A DNA stretch of 64,000 nucleotides from an uncultured Chitinophagales bacterium (GCA_964642875.1 CAZXRF010000004.1:7439-71438); one strand, 5' to 3'; counted from the first letter of the stretch, positions 28,668 to 37,205 are shown. Made by a program: numbers and translations. The notes: generated from the sequence alone by a model not told the origin.

Positions 28668-29717
28668 TTGAAGCGATTTTACATCATATTAGTATTCGTA
28701 TGCATTGCACTTACTTCGTATGCGCAGCTCGGAGGTAAAAACATTTATGATTTTTTACAATTTCCTACTTCTTCCCGAATGGAAGGCTTAGGCGGTGGAA
28801 TTCAAAGTATTAAAAACCTTAAAGACCCTGACTTATCTTTGGCAATTGCTAATCCATGTTTTTTAGATAGCACCTATCACAAACAATTATCTATTTCCAA
28901 TGCATTTTATACCGATAAAACTAATATTGGCAATCTCTCGTTTACCTATTATCATCCAAAAATAAAATCGACGTTAGCCTATACTATGCAATATGCATCG
29001 TATGGGAAATTTGACGGTCGCGATATTTCCGGAAATCCTACGGGAACATTCCGTGCGGCTGATTTTAATATTCAAGTAGGCATTGGAAGGCATTGGAATA
29101 AATTTTATTATGGTGCAAATTTAAAATTCATCATTTCTAATTTAGAAACTTATACTTCCTTAGGATTTGCAGGGGACCTTGCTTTAGGCTATTTTAATCC
29201 AAAAACCAATTGGGCATTTACGGCTATTGTTCGTAATGCCGGTGTAGAATTAAAGCCTTACATAAAATCGGAGGGAAGACAAAAACTACCCATTGCCTTT
29301 GATATTACATTTTCCAAGCGTTTTAAAAAATTACCGCTCACTCTTTCTATTACTGCGCATGATTTGCAAGTTTGGAAGTTGAAATATCCGCAAGAAGAAC
29401 AAACCACATTATTTGGAACGACAAAAAAAACGAGCAAGGGCACAGAAATTATAGATAATATTTTTAGGCACTTAGATTTTGGAGCAGAAATACAAGCCGG
29501 AAAACCGGTGCGCCTGCGCATGGGATACAATCATCTGCGTAGGCAAGAATTGGGCGTAGGCAAGAAGAAAGGGTTTGCCGGAATAAGCGTTGGATTTGGG
29601 GTAAACATCAAGCAATTTGCATTAGACTATTCGTATGCGCAATACCACAGAGTAGGCAGCGACCATCAGCTTACTTTCAGAATAAAAATTGATGAGTTTG
29701 GGAAAAAAGCAAAATAA
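28668..29717 (+). CDS. porQ: PorQ-like T9SS outer-membrane protein
   Basis: After the signal peptide the sequence reads QLGGKNIYDFLQFPTSSRMEGLGG, matching my recollection of the PorQ-family N-terminus. Beta-barrel-like, 349 aa. The ORF begins with TTG. Confidence 0.65.
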   Translation: MKRFYIILVFVCIALTSYAQLGGKNIYDFLQFPTSSRMEGLGGGIQSIKNLKDPDLSLAIANPCFLDSTYHKQLSISNAFYTDKTNIGNLSFTYYHPKIKSTLAYTMQYASYGKFDGRDISGNPTGTFRAADFNIQVGIGRHWNKFYYGANLKFIISNLETYTSLGFAGDLALGYFNPKTNWAFTAIVRNAGVELKPYIKSEGRQKLPIAFDITFSKRFKKLPLTLSITAHDLQVWKLKYPQEEQTTLFGTTKKTSKGTEIIDNIFRHLDFGAEIQAGKPVRLRMGYNHLRRQELGVGKKKGFAGISVGFGVNIKQFALDYSYAQYHRVGSDHQLTFRIKIDEFGKKAK

Positions 29718-29748
29718 TTGCTAGAAAAAACAATTTTAAATACAAGTT

Positions 29749-30792
29749 TTATTGCTCACACAATTGTTTATTAATGGCTTTTATCAAATCTGGCCCCGTA
29801 TAAATGAAACCAGTATAAAGCTGTACCAAACTCGCACCTGCATTTAGTTTATCTATTGCATCTTGTGCCGTCATAATACCACCAACAGCAATAATTGGAA
29901 TTTGCTGCTGTGATTTCCGGGCAATATACTGTATAATTTCTGTGGATTTTTGTGTAAGTGGTTTTCCGCTTAAACCGCCTGCACCTATAGATTTTATTGT
30001 GTTGTTCTCTGAGTTTAAATTTTCACGAGAAATAGTGGTATTCGTTGCTACGATGCCGGCAAGTTTTGTGTCAAAAATAATTTCTATGATATCGTCTAAT
30101 TGATCATTGGATAAATCTGGAGCAATTTTCAGTAAAATAGGTTTTTGTTTGGGTTGTTTCTGATTAATATCTTGTAGTTGAAATAAGATTTTTTTCAAAG
30201 GTTCTTTTTCTTGTAAAGCTCGCAAATTCGGGGTGTTTGGCGAACTTACGTTTACCACAAAATAATCTACTACATCATACAATTCCAAAAAACATTTTAT
30301 ATAATCCTCTACGGCAAGTTCATTATCTGTAACTTTATTTTTTCCAATATTTCCACCAATTATGATTTCAGATTTATGATTTATGATTTCAGATTTTAGA
30401 ATATTTTTCTTTACAACATTCATTCCTGCGTTATTAAATCCCATTCTGTTAATGATGGCTTCGTCCTGAATCAACCGAAATAAGCGTGGTTTATCGTTTC
30501 CGTCTTGTGGCAATGGGGTTACCGTTCCAATTTCTATAAATCCAAACCCCAATGCGGCAAAGGCATCTATACATGCTGCATTTTTATCTAATCCGGCGGC
30601 GAGCCCAATGGGATTTTTAAACGTTAATCCAAAAACAGTACGTTCTAATTTTTTATTTTCTACTGCATAAAAGTATTGTAAAATAGATTTTACGAATGGA
30701 ATTTTTATTAAAAAAGAAAATAGATTTAGCGTAAGATGGTGCGCAGTTTCAGCATCAAATTTAAAAAGAAAAAAACGGAGTATTTTGTACAT
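29749..30792 (-). CDS. pyrD: Dihydroorotate dehydrogenase (quinone), class 2
   Basis: N-terminal membrane-association helix pair, [17 protein letters not shown] and SSPNTPNLR motifs. 347 aa. Confidence 0.9.
   Translation of the reverse strand: MYKILRFFLFKFDAETAHHLTLNLFSFLIKIPFVKSILQYFYAVENKKLERTVFGLTFKNPIGLAAGLDKNAACIDAFAALGFGFIEIGTVTPLPQDGNDKPRLFRLIQDEAIINRMGFNNAGMNVVKKNILKSEIINHKSEIIIGGNIGKNKVTDNELAVEDYIKCFLELYDVVDYFVVNVSSPNTPNLRALQEKEPLKKILFQLQDINQKQPKQKPILLKIAPDLSNDQLDDIIEIIFDTKLAGIVATNTTISRENLNSENNTIKSIGAGGLSGKPLTQKSTEIIQYIARKSQQQIPIIAVGGIMTAQDAIDKLNAGASLVQLYTGFIYTGPDLIKAINKQLCEQ
30355..30396 (-). repeat. In-frame 21-nt tandem duplication inside pyrD
   Basis: Units 30355..30375 and 30376..30396 are identical at 18 of 21 positions. 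They encode [14 protein letters not shown] just before the GGNIGKNK motif. Confidence 0.85.
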
Positions 30793-30793
30793 A
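30631..30793 (-). repeat. Direct repeat copy A (5-prime end of intact pyrD)
   Basis: Aligns by hand to 31692..31852 with 4 substitutions and two 1-nt gaps. Confidence 0.9.
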
Positions 30794-30811
30794 AATTACG
30801 GTAAAAATATT

Positions 30812-31264
30812 TTATAATAAACCAATTACGTTTATCTCATTGGGTGAATATTTAATAAAGTCTTTGGTATTATGTGTAAGTATATTCTTTATATCATATT
30901 GTTTCATTGTGGCAACGAAGTTACAATCATGAACATTTTTACCTGTTATATTATGCTTTTTAACTAAATCTAAAAGAATTTCACTTGTAGATTTAATTTC
31001 ATCTGCAATATAAAATTGATTGCTAAATTTTTCAACTGAGATTATAATATCATCTATTTTAAAATCTGGTTCCGCAAATAATATTTTTGAAATTACAGAA
31101 AGATATTCTCTAATAACTTGTCTGCTAATCCATATCTCATAATTATTAGTAGCAAATTCTAAAATTTTTTCTCTTGCTATATGTTGGAAATCAGAATTTG
31201 TCAAACTTGAATACACTAAAATATTGGTGTCTAAAAACAGTTTTTTATCTTCCATTATCACCAT
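30812..31264 (-). CDS. PIN-domain ribonuclease, VapC-like toxin
   Basis: LFLDTNILVYS N-terminal acidic motif, with later conserved acidic positions (IREY, VHDCN, HNTKDF). 150 aa. A small ORF overlaps its start. Confidence 0.8.
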   Translation of the reverse strand: MVIMEDKKLFLDTNILVYSSLTNSDFQHIAREKILEFATNNYEIWISRQVIREYLSVISKILFAEPDFKIDDIIISVEKFSNQFYIADEIKSTSEILLDLVKKHNITGKNVHDCNFVATMKQYDIKNILTHNTKDFIKYSPNEINVIGLL

Positions 31265-31463
31265 ATATTTCAGTTCTGCTAAAATTTTGTGAAGTATTTA
31301 CTTCAGTATTAAAATTTGGAAACCAAATTTGTTTAGTAGATTTTTTAGGATTATCATCAACTACCAATAATAATTGATATTCACCTTCAGGTAGTTTTCC
31401 TAAATCAAAACTAACTACGGCATTCGTCTTGCTTAGTGATACATTTTTGTTTATTGTTAGCAT
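31245..31463 (-). CDS. Small ORF upstream of the PIN gene; candidate antitoxin of unrecognised type
   Basis: 72 codons that overlap the PIN ORF by 20 nt in a different frame, the classic toxin-antitoxin layout. I could not recognise an RHH, AbrB, Phd or HTH motif. Confidence 0.4.
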   Translation of the reverse strand: MLTINKNVSLSKTNAVVSFDLGKLPEGEYQLLLVVDDNPKKSTKQIWFPNFNTEVNTSQNFSRTEIYGDNGR

Positions 31464-31479
31464 AAAATAAAGATTCGCT

Positions 31480-31525
31480 ATGTAAAGTTACAAAATATTA
31501 CATAAAATTACCGCGTAAATTTACG
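31480..31525 (-). promoter_or_regulatory. Two palindromes upstream of the small ORF (candidate operator sites)
   Basis: ATGTAA-N12-TTACAT at 31480..31503 and a perfect 12-bp palindrome CGTAAATTTACG at 31514..31525, lying 17-62 nt upstream of the ATG at 31463. Confidence 0.35.
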
Positions 31526-31691
31526 AGGCAATATCTATTTCTTTTAAGATAAATCTAGTACAGAATACCAAACTTTAAAAAACCACTACAGCTACATCAT
31601 CAATTTGTTGCCCTGGGAAATAGGTCAATCTGCCGCCTAAATTCAAAGGCACGCCTAAGCCCTGACTAACTTTAAATTCTACTCCTAATGC

Positions 31692-31852
31692 AAAAACTGT
31701 ACGTTCTAATTTTTTATTTTCTACTGCATAAAAGTATTGTAAAATAGATTTTACGAATGGGCTTTTTATTAAAAAAGAAAATAGGTTTAGCGTAAGATGG
31801 TGCGCAGTTTCACATCAAATTTAAAAAGAAAAAACGGAGTATTTTGTACATA
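31692..31852 (-). pseudogene. Frameshifted remnant of the pyrD 5-prime end (direct repeat copy B)
   Basis: Reads [13 protein letters not shown] because of a 1-nt deletion, and a second 1-nt deletion lies further in. It is otherwise near-identical to codons 1-54 of the intact pyrD. Confidence 0.85.
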
Positions 31853-31855
31853 CTA

Positions 31856-31863
31856 CAAATTTA
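31856..31863 (-). promoter_or_regulatory. -7 promoter box in front of the pyrD remnant (probable ancestral pyrD promoter)
   Basis: TAAATTTG on the minus strand, 4 nt upstream of the remnant ATG (31851..31849). Confidence 0.4.
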
Positions 31864-31938
31864 CAATTTAAGCTGTATGATTTAAGGGTTACAAAGTAAA
31901 TATTGTTTTAAAATCTAAAAGAATTAACTTGCAATCTC

Positions 31939-31946
31939 TAATTTTG
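31939..31946 (+). promoter_or_regulatory. -7 promoter box for rarA (near-leaderless)
   Basis: TAATTTTG ends 4 nt before the ATG at 31951. Confidence 0.3.
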
Positions 31947-31950
31947 CTAT

Positions 31951-33207
31951 ATGCAACCACCACTTGCCGAGCGAATGCGTCCAAAATCATTAGATCAAAT
32001 TATTGGTCAGCAACATATTTTGGGAAAAGGCAAACCACTAAGAAATCTACTTGAAAAACAAAAATTACACTCTCTGGTGTTTTGGGGGCCTCCGGGTGTT
32101 GGAAAAACAACTTTAGCAAGAGTATTAGCCAGTCATGCCCATTTACCTATTGAACAATTGAGTGCCATTTCTGCTGGGGTAAAAGAGATTAGAGCAGTAA
32201 TTGAAAATGCAAAACAAGTAGGTCAAACAGTTTTATTTATCGATGAAATACATCGCTTCAATAAATCTCAACAAGATGCATTATTAGGTGCTGTAGAAAA
32301 TGGTACTATTATATTAATTGGTGCTACTACAGAAAATCCTTCGTTTGAGGTTAATGCTGCACTTTTATCGCGCTGCCAAGTGTATGTTTTAAAATCTTTA
32401 GAGGCAGAAGATTTAAAACTAATTTTAGACTTGACTTTACTAGAAGATGAGATTTTAAAAAAAGAAAATATTACCATAAAAGAATATGATGCGCTCTTTT
32501 ATTTTTCTGGTGGCGATGCCAGAAAATTATTAAATGTATTAGAATTAGTTTGCGAAAATTTGAAAGAAGATAAAACTATCACCAACGTTTTTGTAGAAGA
32601 AATTATACAAACCTATATTGCTCGTTATGATAAAGACGGCGAGCAGCATTATGATATCATTTCTGCATTTATAAAATCGATACGTGGCAGCGACCCAAAC
32701 GCCGCAGTTTATTGGATGGCTCGCATGATACATGCCGGTGAAGATCCGAAATTTATTGCACGACGTTTATTAATTTTATCTTCAGAAGATATTGGAAATG
32801 CTAATCCAAATGCGTTGTTATTAGCAAATGCATGTTTCCAAGCGGTAACTACAATTGGCTATCCGGAATGTAGAATTATTTTAGCGCAATGCGTTACTTA
32901 CCTTGCATCTTCACCCAAAAGCAATGCTAGTTATTTGGCAATTGATAGTGCAATTGCTTTTGCAGAAAAAACTTCGAACTTATCGGTTCCATTGCATTTA
33001 CGCAATGCCCCTACTAAATTAATGAAAAATTTAAACTACGGAAAAGAGTATCAATATGCGCATAACCATGAAAATAATTTTGTGGACTTAGAATTTCTAC
33101 CACAGGAAATGAGTGGCACAAAATTTTATGAACCCGGAAATAATGTACGCGAAAATGAATTGCGAAAATTTCTGAAAGAAAGATGGAAAGAAAAGTATAG
33201 TTACTGA
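31951..33207 (+). CDS. rarA: Replication-associated recombination protein A (AAA+ ATPase MgsA/RarA)
   Basis: LAERMRPKSLDQIIGQQHILG, Walker A GPPGVGKTT, Walker B FIDEIHRFNK, C-terminal MgsA domain. Confidence 0.9.
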   Translation: MQPPLAERMRPKSLDQIIGQQHILGKGKPLRNLLEKQKLHSLVFWGPPGVGKTTLARVLASHAHLPIEQLSAISAGVKEIRAVIENAKQVGQTVLFIDEIHRFNKSQQDALLGAVENGTIILIGATTENPSFEVNAALLSRCQVYVLKSLEAEDLKLILDLTLLEDEILKKENITIKEYDALFYFSGGDARKLLNVLELVCENLKEDKTITNVFVEEIIQTYIARYDKDGEQHYDIISAFIKSIRGSDPNAAVYWMARMIHAGEDPKFIARRLLILSSEDIGNANPNALLLANACFQAVTTIGYPECRIILAQCVTYLASSPKSNASYLAIDSAIAFAEKTSNLSVPLHLRNAPTKLMKNLNYGKEYQYAHNHENNFVDLEFLPQEMSGTKFYEPGNNVRENELRKFLKERWKEKYSY

Positions 33208-33214
33208 TTTTTAA

Positions 33215-33240
33215 ACTACTAAGATACCAAGAACACTAAA
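33215..33240 (+). repeat. CACTAAG-type repeat, copy A (direct)
   Basis: actactaagataccaagaacactaaa. It is similar to copy B at about 22 of 27 aligned positions. Confidence 0.7.
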
Positions 33241-33285
33241 TTAATAATGACAAAATTCAATTTTAAAAAACCATAAAGAATAACA

Positions 33286-33314
33286 ACCACTAAGGCACTA
33301 AGAACACTTAAAGA
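33286..33314 (+). repeat. CACTAAG-type repeat, copy B (direct), just upstream of the GxxExxY gene
   Basis: accactaaggcactaagaacacttaaaga. Confidence 0.8.
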
Positions 33315-33331
33315 TTAAATGATTTAAACTG

Positions 33332-33739
33332 ATGATTACACAAACCTATATAAATAATATTGCTTACAAGATTGTTGGTTGTGCAATAGAAGTTCACAAA
33401 GAACTAGGTCCAGGTTTATTAGAATCTGTATACCAAAAGTGTTTTGTAAAAGAATTGGAATTAAAAGGATTTAAAATTAATCAACAAATAAAAATACCTA
33501 TTTCTTATAAAGGAGAAAGTTTAGATTGTGATTTGCGATTAGATGTTTTAGTAGAAGATTTAATAATTGTAGAACTAAAATCTGTTGAAACAATGCTTCC
33601 ATTATTTAAAGCTCAACTTCTAACCTATATGAAACTATTAGAAAAACCTAAAGGATTATTAATTAACTTTAACACAGAAAATATTACAAAAGATTTAGTG
33701 CCAATGGTAAATGAATATTTTTCTAATTTACCAAAATAA
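33332..33739 (+). CDS. GxxExxY-family protein (PD-(D/E)XK-like)
   Basis: 135 aa with GLLESVY (GxxExxY) near the N-terminus and the VLVEDLIIVELK motif typical of this small family. Confidence 0.8.
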   Translation: MITQTYINNIAYKIVGCAIEVHKELGPGLLESVYQKCFVKELELKGFKINQQIKIPISYKGESLDCDLRLDVLVEDLIIVELKSVETMLPLFKAQLLTYMKLLEKPKGLLINFNTENITKDLVPMVNEYFSNLPK

Positions 33740-33740
33740 A

Positions 33741-33767
33741 TCTTTGTGTACTTAGTGTCTTAGTGAT
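33741..33767 (-). repeat. CACTAAG-type repeat, copy C (inverted relative to A and B)
   Basis: The reverse complement atcactaagacactaagtacacaaaga matches copy B at 24 of 27 aligned positions with one 2-nt gap. Confidence 0.8.
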
Positions 33768-33773
33768 AATATA

Positions 33774-34556
33774 ATGAATATAAATACTGACAAATTCTTC
33801 TTAATTGCTGGACCTTGCGTGGTGGAATCAAAAGAAATCTGTTTTGAGATTGCTGAGCAATTAGTTGCCATAACAGCTGAATTAAATATTCCATTTGTTT
33901 TTAAAGCTTCATTTAAAAAAGCAAACAGAAGCAAGTTAGATTCTTTTACAACGATTGGCGAAAAAAAAGCTTTGCAAATTTTAGCTGATGTAAAATCTCG
34001 TTTTAATATTCCCATACTTACAGATGTACACGAAACAACAGATTGCGAATTAGTAAAAGAAATAGTCGATGTAATTCAAATTCCTGCTTTTTTATGTCGG
34101 CAAACAGAGCTATTAATCGCTGCTGCTAAAACCGGCAAAACCATCAATTTAAAAAAGGGGCAATTTGTAAATGCGGAGATGATGCAATTTGCAGCTGAAA
34201 AAATAGTGGCAAACGACAATAAAAATATATGGCTCACCGAACGCGGCACTATGTTCGGCTACAACGATTTGATAGTTGATTTCAGAAATATACAACAAAT
34301 GAAATCATTTGGATTCCCTATAATTTTTGATGCCACACATTCCGTGCAACAACCTAATACTTCAACAGGAACAAGTGGCGGAAAGCCTGAATTTATTGAT
34401 ACTTTAGCAAAATGTGCCATAGTTTCGGGTGCTGATGGTATATTCTTAGAAACACATCCCAAACCTACAAACGCCAGGAGTGATGGCGCAAATATGCTGG
34501 CATTACATGCAGTAAAAAAGTTACTAGAAAAACTAGTGCAGCTTAAAAAAATCTAA
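33774..34556 (+). CDS. kdsA: 3-deoxy-8-phosphooctulonate (KDO-8-P) synthase
   Basis: FFLIAGPCVVES, FKASFKKANRS, IPAFLCRQT and DATHSVQ motifs. Confidence 0.9.
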   Translation: MNINTDKFFLIAGPCVVESKEICFEIAEQLVAITAELNIPFVFKASFKKANRSKLDSFTTIGEKKALQILADVKSRFNIPILTDVHETTDCELVKEIVDVIQIPAFLCRQTELLIAAAKTGKTINLKKGQFVNAEMMQFAAEKIVANDNKNIWLTERGTMFGYNDLIVDFRNIQQMKSFGFPIIFDATHSVQQPNTSTGTSGGKPEFIDTLAKCAIVSGADGIFLETHPKPTNARSDGANMLALHAVKKLLEKLVQLKKI

Positions 34557-34563
34557 TAAAGAA

Positions 34564-36444
34564 TTATAACACCTTCACTTCTGTTCTTCTATTTTTAGCT
34601 TTATTTTCTTCTGTATCGTTTGGAACAATGGGCTGCATTTCGCCATAGCCTTTTGCTATTAATCTCGTTGCTACAATTCCTTTTTGTATTAAATAATTCA
34701 CTACCGTTTCAGCTCTTTTTTGAGATAATATTTGATTGTATTTTTCGTCTCCTTTATCATCTGTATATCCACCGATTTCAATTTTTAAGCTTGAATTTTT
34801 CTTTAATAATACCACTAATTTATCCAACTCTATAAACGATTCTTGCTTTAAATTACTTTTATCAAAATCAAAAAAAACATTGTTCAATGTAATTTTGCTA
34901 TTTGCTTTAATAGGTTCTAATAGCACTTCCAATTCATACGGTTTTATTTGTGTGCCTACGTCTTTTAAATTTATATTTTGCGAGTAAAATAGGTATCCAT
35001 CTTTTTGAATTTGCAACGACATGTTTTTCCCTATTTCTAAAGAAATATAAAATACTCCATCTGTAGTATTTCCTGATAGTAATTGCCGTTGCGATGACAA
35101 ATCTATTATTGTATATTCTGCATTTAGTAGCTGTTTGCTATATGCATCTTTTACCATACCTTTTATATAAGTAATTTTTTGAGGCTGCACCTTTTCGGGC
35201 AATTCAAATCGGTATATATCTAAGCCACCAAAACCACCGGCGCGGTTGGAAGCCAAGAAAGCCATTTTCCCATCATAAGACACCGTCAATCCGTTGTCAT
35301 CATTTTCCGTATTTATCGGATAGCCTATATTTTCTGCTGTTGTCCAGCTTGTATCTGTTTTTCTTACCATAAAAATATCCCCATTCCCTAAGCCGGGCCA
35401 GCCATTAGAAGTAAAATATAATGTTTGGTTATCGGCATGTATAAACGGGCATTGATCATCAAATTTTGTATTTACATTCGGGCCTAAATTTTTTGGTTCG
35501 CTCCATTGCATTTTATCATTTAAATAGCTCACCCATATATCTTTTCCACCATATCCGCCTGGTCTATTACTCGCAAAATACAATGCTCGTCCATCTGATG
35601 AAAAGCTCGGCTGTGCCTCCCAACTACCTGTATTTACTGGCTTTCCGATGCCATGCGGCGTACTCCATTCTCCATTTATTTTTTTAGAATAATAAATATC
35701 ACAACTACCATAACCATCCATTCTATTGCAAGCAGTAAAAAAAAGCAATGTTCCTGTTGCATCAATTGTACATGCACCTTCATTGTCAAAAGTATTTATT
35801 TGATTACTCAATGAAGTTGCTTTTGAAAAGACGGTATCCGTTCTCCAAGCATACAACAAATCTTCTTGCCGGTTGCTCATTCGGGTAAAGGCAAACATCT
35901 TTCCATCAGGCAGTAAATACGGAAAATATTCATTTGCGGCAGTGTTCACATTTTCGCCTAAATTAATGGGATTAAATAACACAGGGTGTTTCTTAGCTTC
36001 AATAGCGAAATTGGCATTCCTTACTGTTTGCTCGGCTTTTGCGGTGGCATTCGGTAATTTATCGGGGCGCAATAAATATTTATCGGCATACCACTTTGCT
36101 TTTTCTCCGTTATTTATTTTAAGATATAATTCTGACAATAAAAAAACAGAACGGGCAGAAATACCCTTATCATTTACACAACCTTCTAAGGTAGAAATTG
36201 CCTCATCGTATTTCCGTAGAGCATAAAAATATTCTGCCAATAGTTCTTTTGCTTGCAGATAGTCGGGTTGAATTTTAATGGCATTTTGCAAAGCCTCTAT
36301 ACCTTCTTCCCATTGTGTACGGCTTCCATATTCTTTGGCTTTGAAATAAGCCGCCATTGCCTTTTCTTTTACTTGCTGCGCATAGCAGGCGAAAGTAGTA
36401 AGTAGCAAGTAGTAAGTAAATAATCTCGTTATTATTTTCTTCAT
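34564..36444 (-). CDS. OmpA-family protein with TPR, TolB-like beta-propeller repeats and a C-terminal OmpA domain
   Basis: Signal peptide, N-terminal TPR, repeated PD40-like units (EYFPYLLPDGK, EAQPSFSSDGRALYFASNRPGGYGGKDIW, ...), CarboxypepD_reg-like segment, C-terminal GYTDDKG...NRRTEVKVL. Confidence 0.8.
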   Translation of the reverse strand: MKKIITRLFTYYLLLTTFACYAQQVKEKAMAAYFKAKEYGSRTQWEEGIEALQNAIKIQPDYLQAKELLAEYFYALRKYDEAISTLEGCVNDKGISARSVFLLSELYLKINNGEKAKWYADKYLLRPDKLPNATAKAEQTVRNANFAIEAKKHPVLFNPINLGENVNTAANEYFPYLLPDGKMFAFTRMSNRQEDLLYAWRTDTVFSKATSLSNQINTFDNEGACTIDATGTLLFFTACNRMDGYGSCDIYYSKKINGEWSTPHGIGKPVNTGSWEAQPSFSSDGRALYFASNRPGGYGGKDIWVSYLNDKMQWSEPKNLGPNVNTKFDDQCPFIHADNQTLYFTSNGWPGLGNGDIFMVRKTDTSWTTAENIGYPINTENDDNGLTVSYDGKMAFLASNRAGGFGGLDIYRFELPEKVQPQKITYIKGMVKDAYSKQLLNAEYTIIDLSSQRQLLSGNTTDGVFYISLEIGKNMSLQIQKDGYLFYSQNINLKDVGTQIKPYELEVLLEPIKANSKITLNNVFFDFDKSNLKQESFIELDKLVVLLKKNSSLKIEIGGYTDDKGDEKYNQILSQKRAETVVNYLIQKGIVATRLIAKGYGEMQPIVPNDTEENKAKNRRTEVKVL

Positions 36445-36511
36445 CTAATTAATTTATCCAATAATTTGTACCTATTTTCGCTTACTGCTTTCCCCCTATA
36501 ACTTACTACAT

Positions 36512-37126
36512 TTACGGAATATTCATATACTTATGCGTTTGAACAGATATCTGCCATTGTGGATGTTGCTTTGCGTATTCCACCATCAGAGGCGTCATTT
36601 GGTCTTTTTTGCTCCATTCCGTTTGCAAATACAGTTTGCAAGTAGCAGAGGTCAACTTTCGGTTTTGTTCAGCAAATTCAAAATCGCTTTTATGAAAGAT
36701 AATACATTTTAACTCATTTGCCTTTGCTATTACTTCTTTTAGTGGTGTTTTAAATTTTTTGGGTGATACACATATCCAATCTAATTGTCCTGAAATGGGA
36801 TAAGCACCCGATGTTTCGATATTAATCTGAAACCCATTTTCTTTTAGTTTTTTTGTTAAATACGATAAATCATACATCAGCGGTTCGCCGCCTGTAATAA
36901 CGACTAATCTTGCAGGATATTTTAATAGTTCATTTATCAAGTCATCTATTAATATTAATTGATGTTCTTCAGCCGTCCAAGATTCTTTTACATCACACCA
37001 AACGCAGCCCACGTCGCAGCCTGCAAGTCGAATAAAATAGGCAGCATGTCCGGCGTAGAAGCCTTCCCCTTGAATGGTGTAAAAATGTTCCATCACTGGA
37101 ATCTGTGTGGTGGTATTGAATTTCAT
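36512..37126 (-). CDS. queE: 7-carboxy-7-deazaguanine synthase (radical SAM)
   Basis: FYTIQGEGFYAGHAAYFIRLAGCDVGCVWCD N-terminal motif. 204 aa. Confidence 0.85.
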   Translation of the reverse strand: MKFNTTTQIPVMEHFYTIQGEGFYAGHAAYFIRLAGCDVGCVWCDVKESWTAEEHQLILIDDLINELLKYPARLVVITGGEPLMYDLSYLTKKLKENGFQINIETSGAYPISGQLDWICVSPKKFKTPLKEVIAKANELKCIIFHKSDFEFAEQNRKLTSATCKLYLQTEWSKKDQMTPLMVEYAKQHPQWQISVQTHKYMNIP

Positions 37127-37133
37127 TTAGGTA

Positions 37134-37141
37134 CAAAAATA
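37134..37141 (-). promoter_or_regulatory. -7 promoter box for queE
   Basis: TATTTTTG on the minus strand, ending 7 nt before the ATG at 37126. Confidence 0.3.
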
Positions 37142-37169
37142 AAGAAAAGATTCCCGCTTTTGCGGGAAT
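37141..37169 (-). terminator. Rho-independent terminator after pckA
   Basis: attcccgc-tttt-gcgggaat hairpin (37150..37169), followed on the minus strand by cttttcttt. Confidence 0.7.
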
Positions 37170-37205
37170 TACTTTACTATTATTTAAGTTGGTAAGAACT
37201 ATAAA

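Noticed and set aside
37127-37205. Possible preQ1 riboswitch upstream of queE.
   Set aside because: The 79-nt spacer is fully accounted for by the pckA terminator hairpin and a TATTTTTG box ending 7 nt from the queE ATG. That leaves no room for an aptamer, and I saw no preQ1-type hairpin/A-rich tail pattern.
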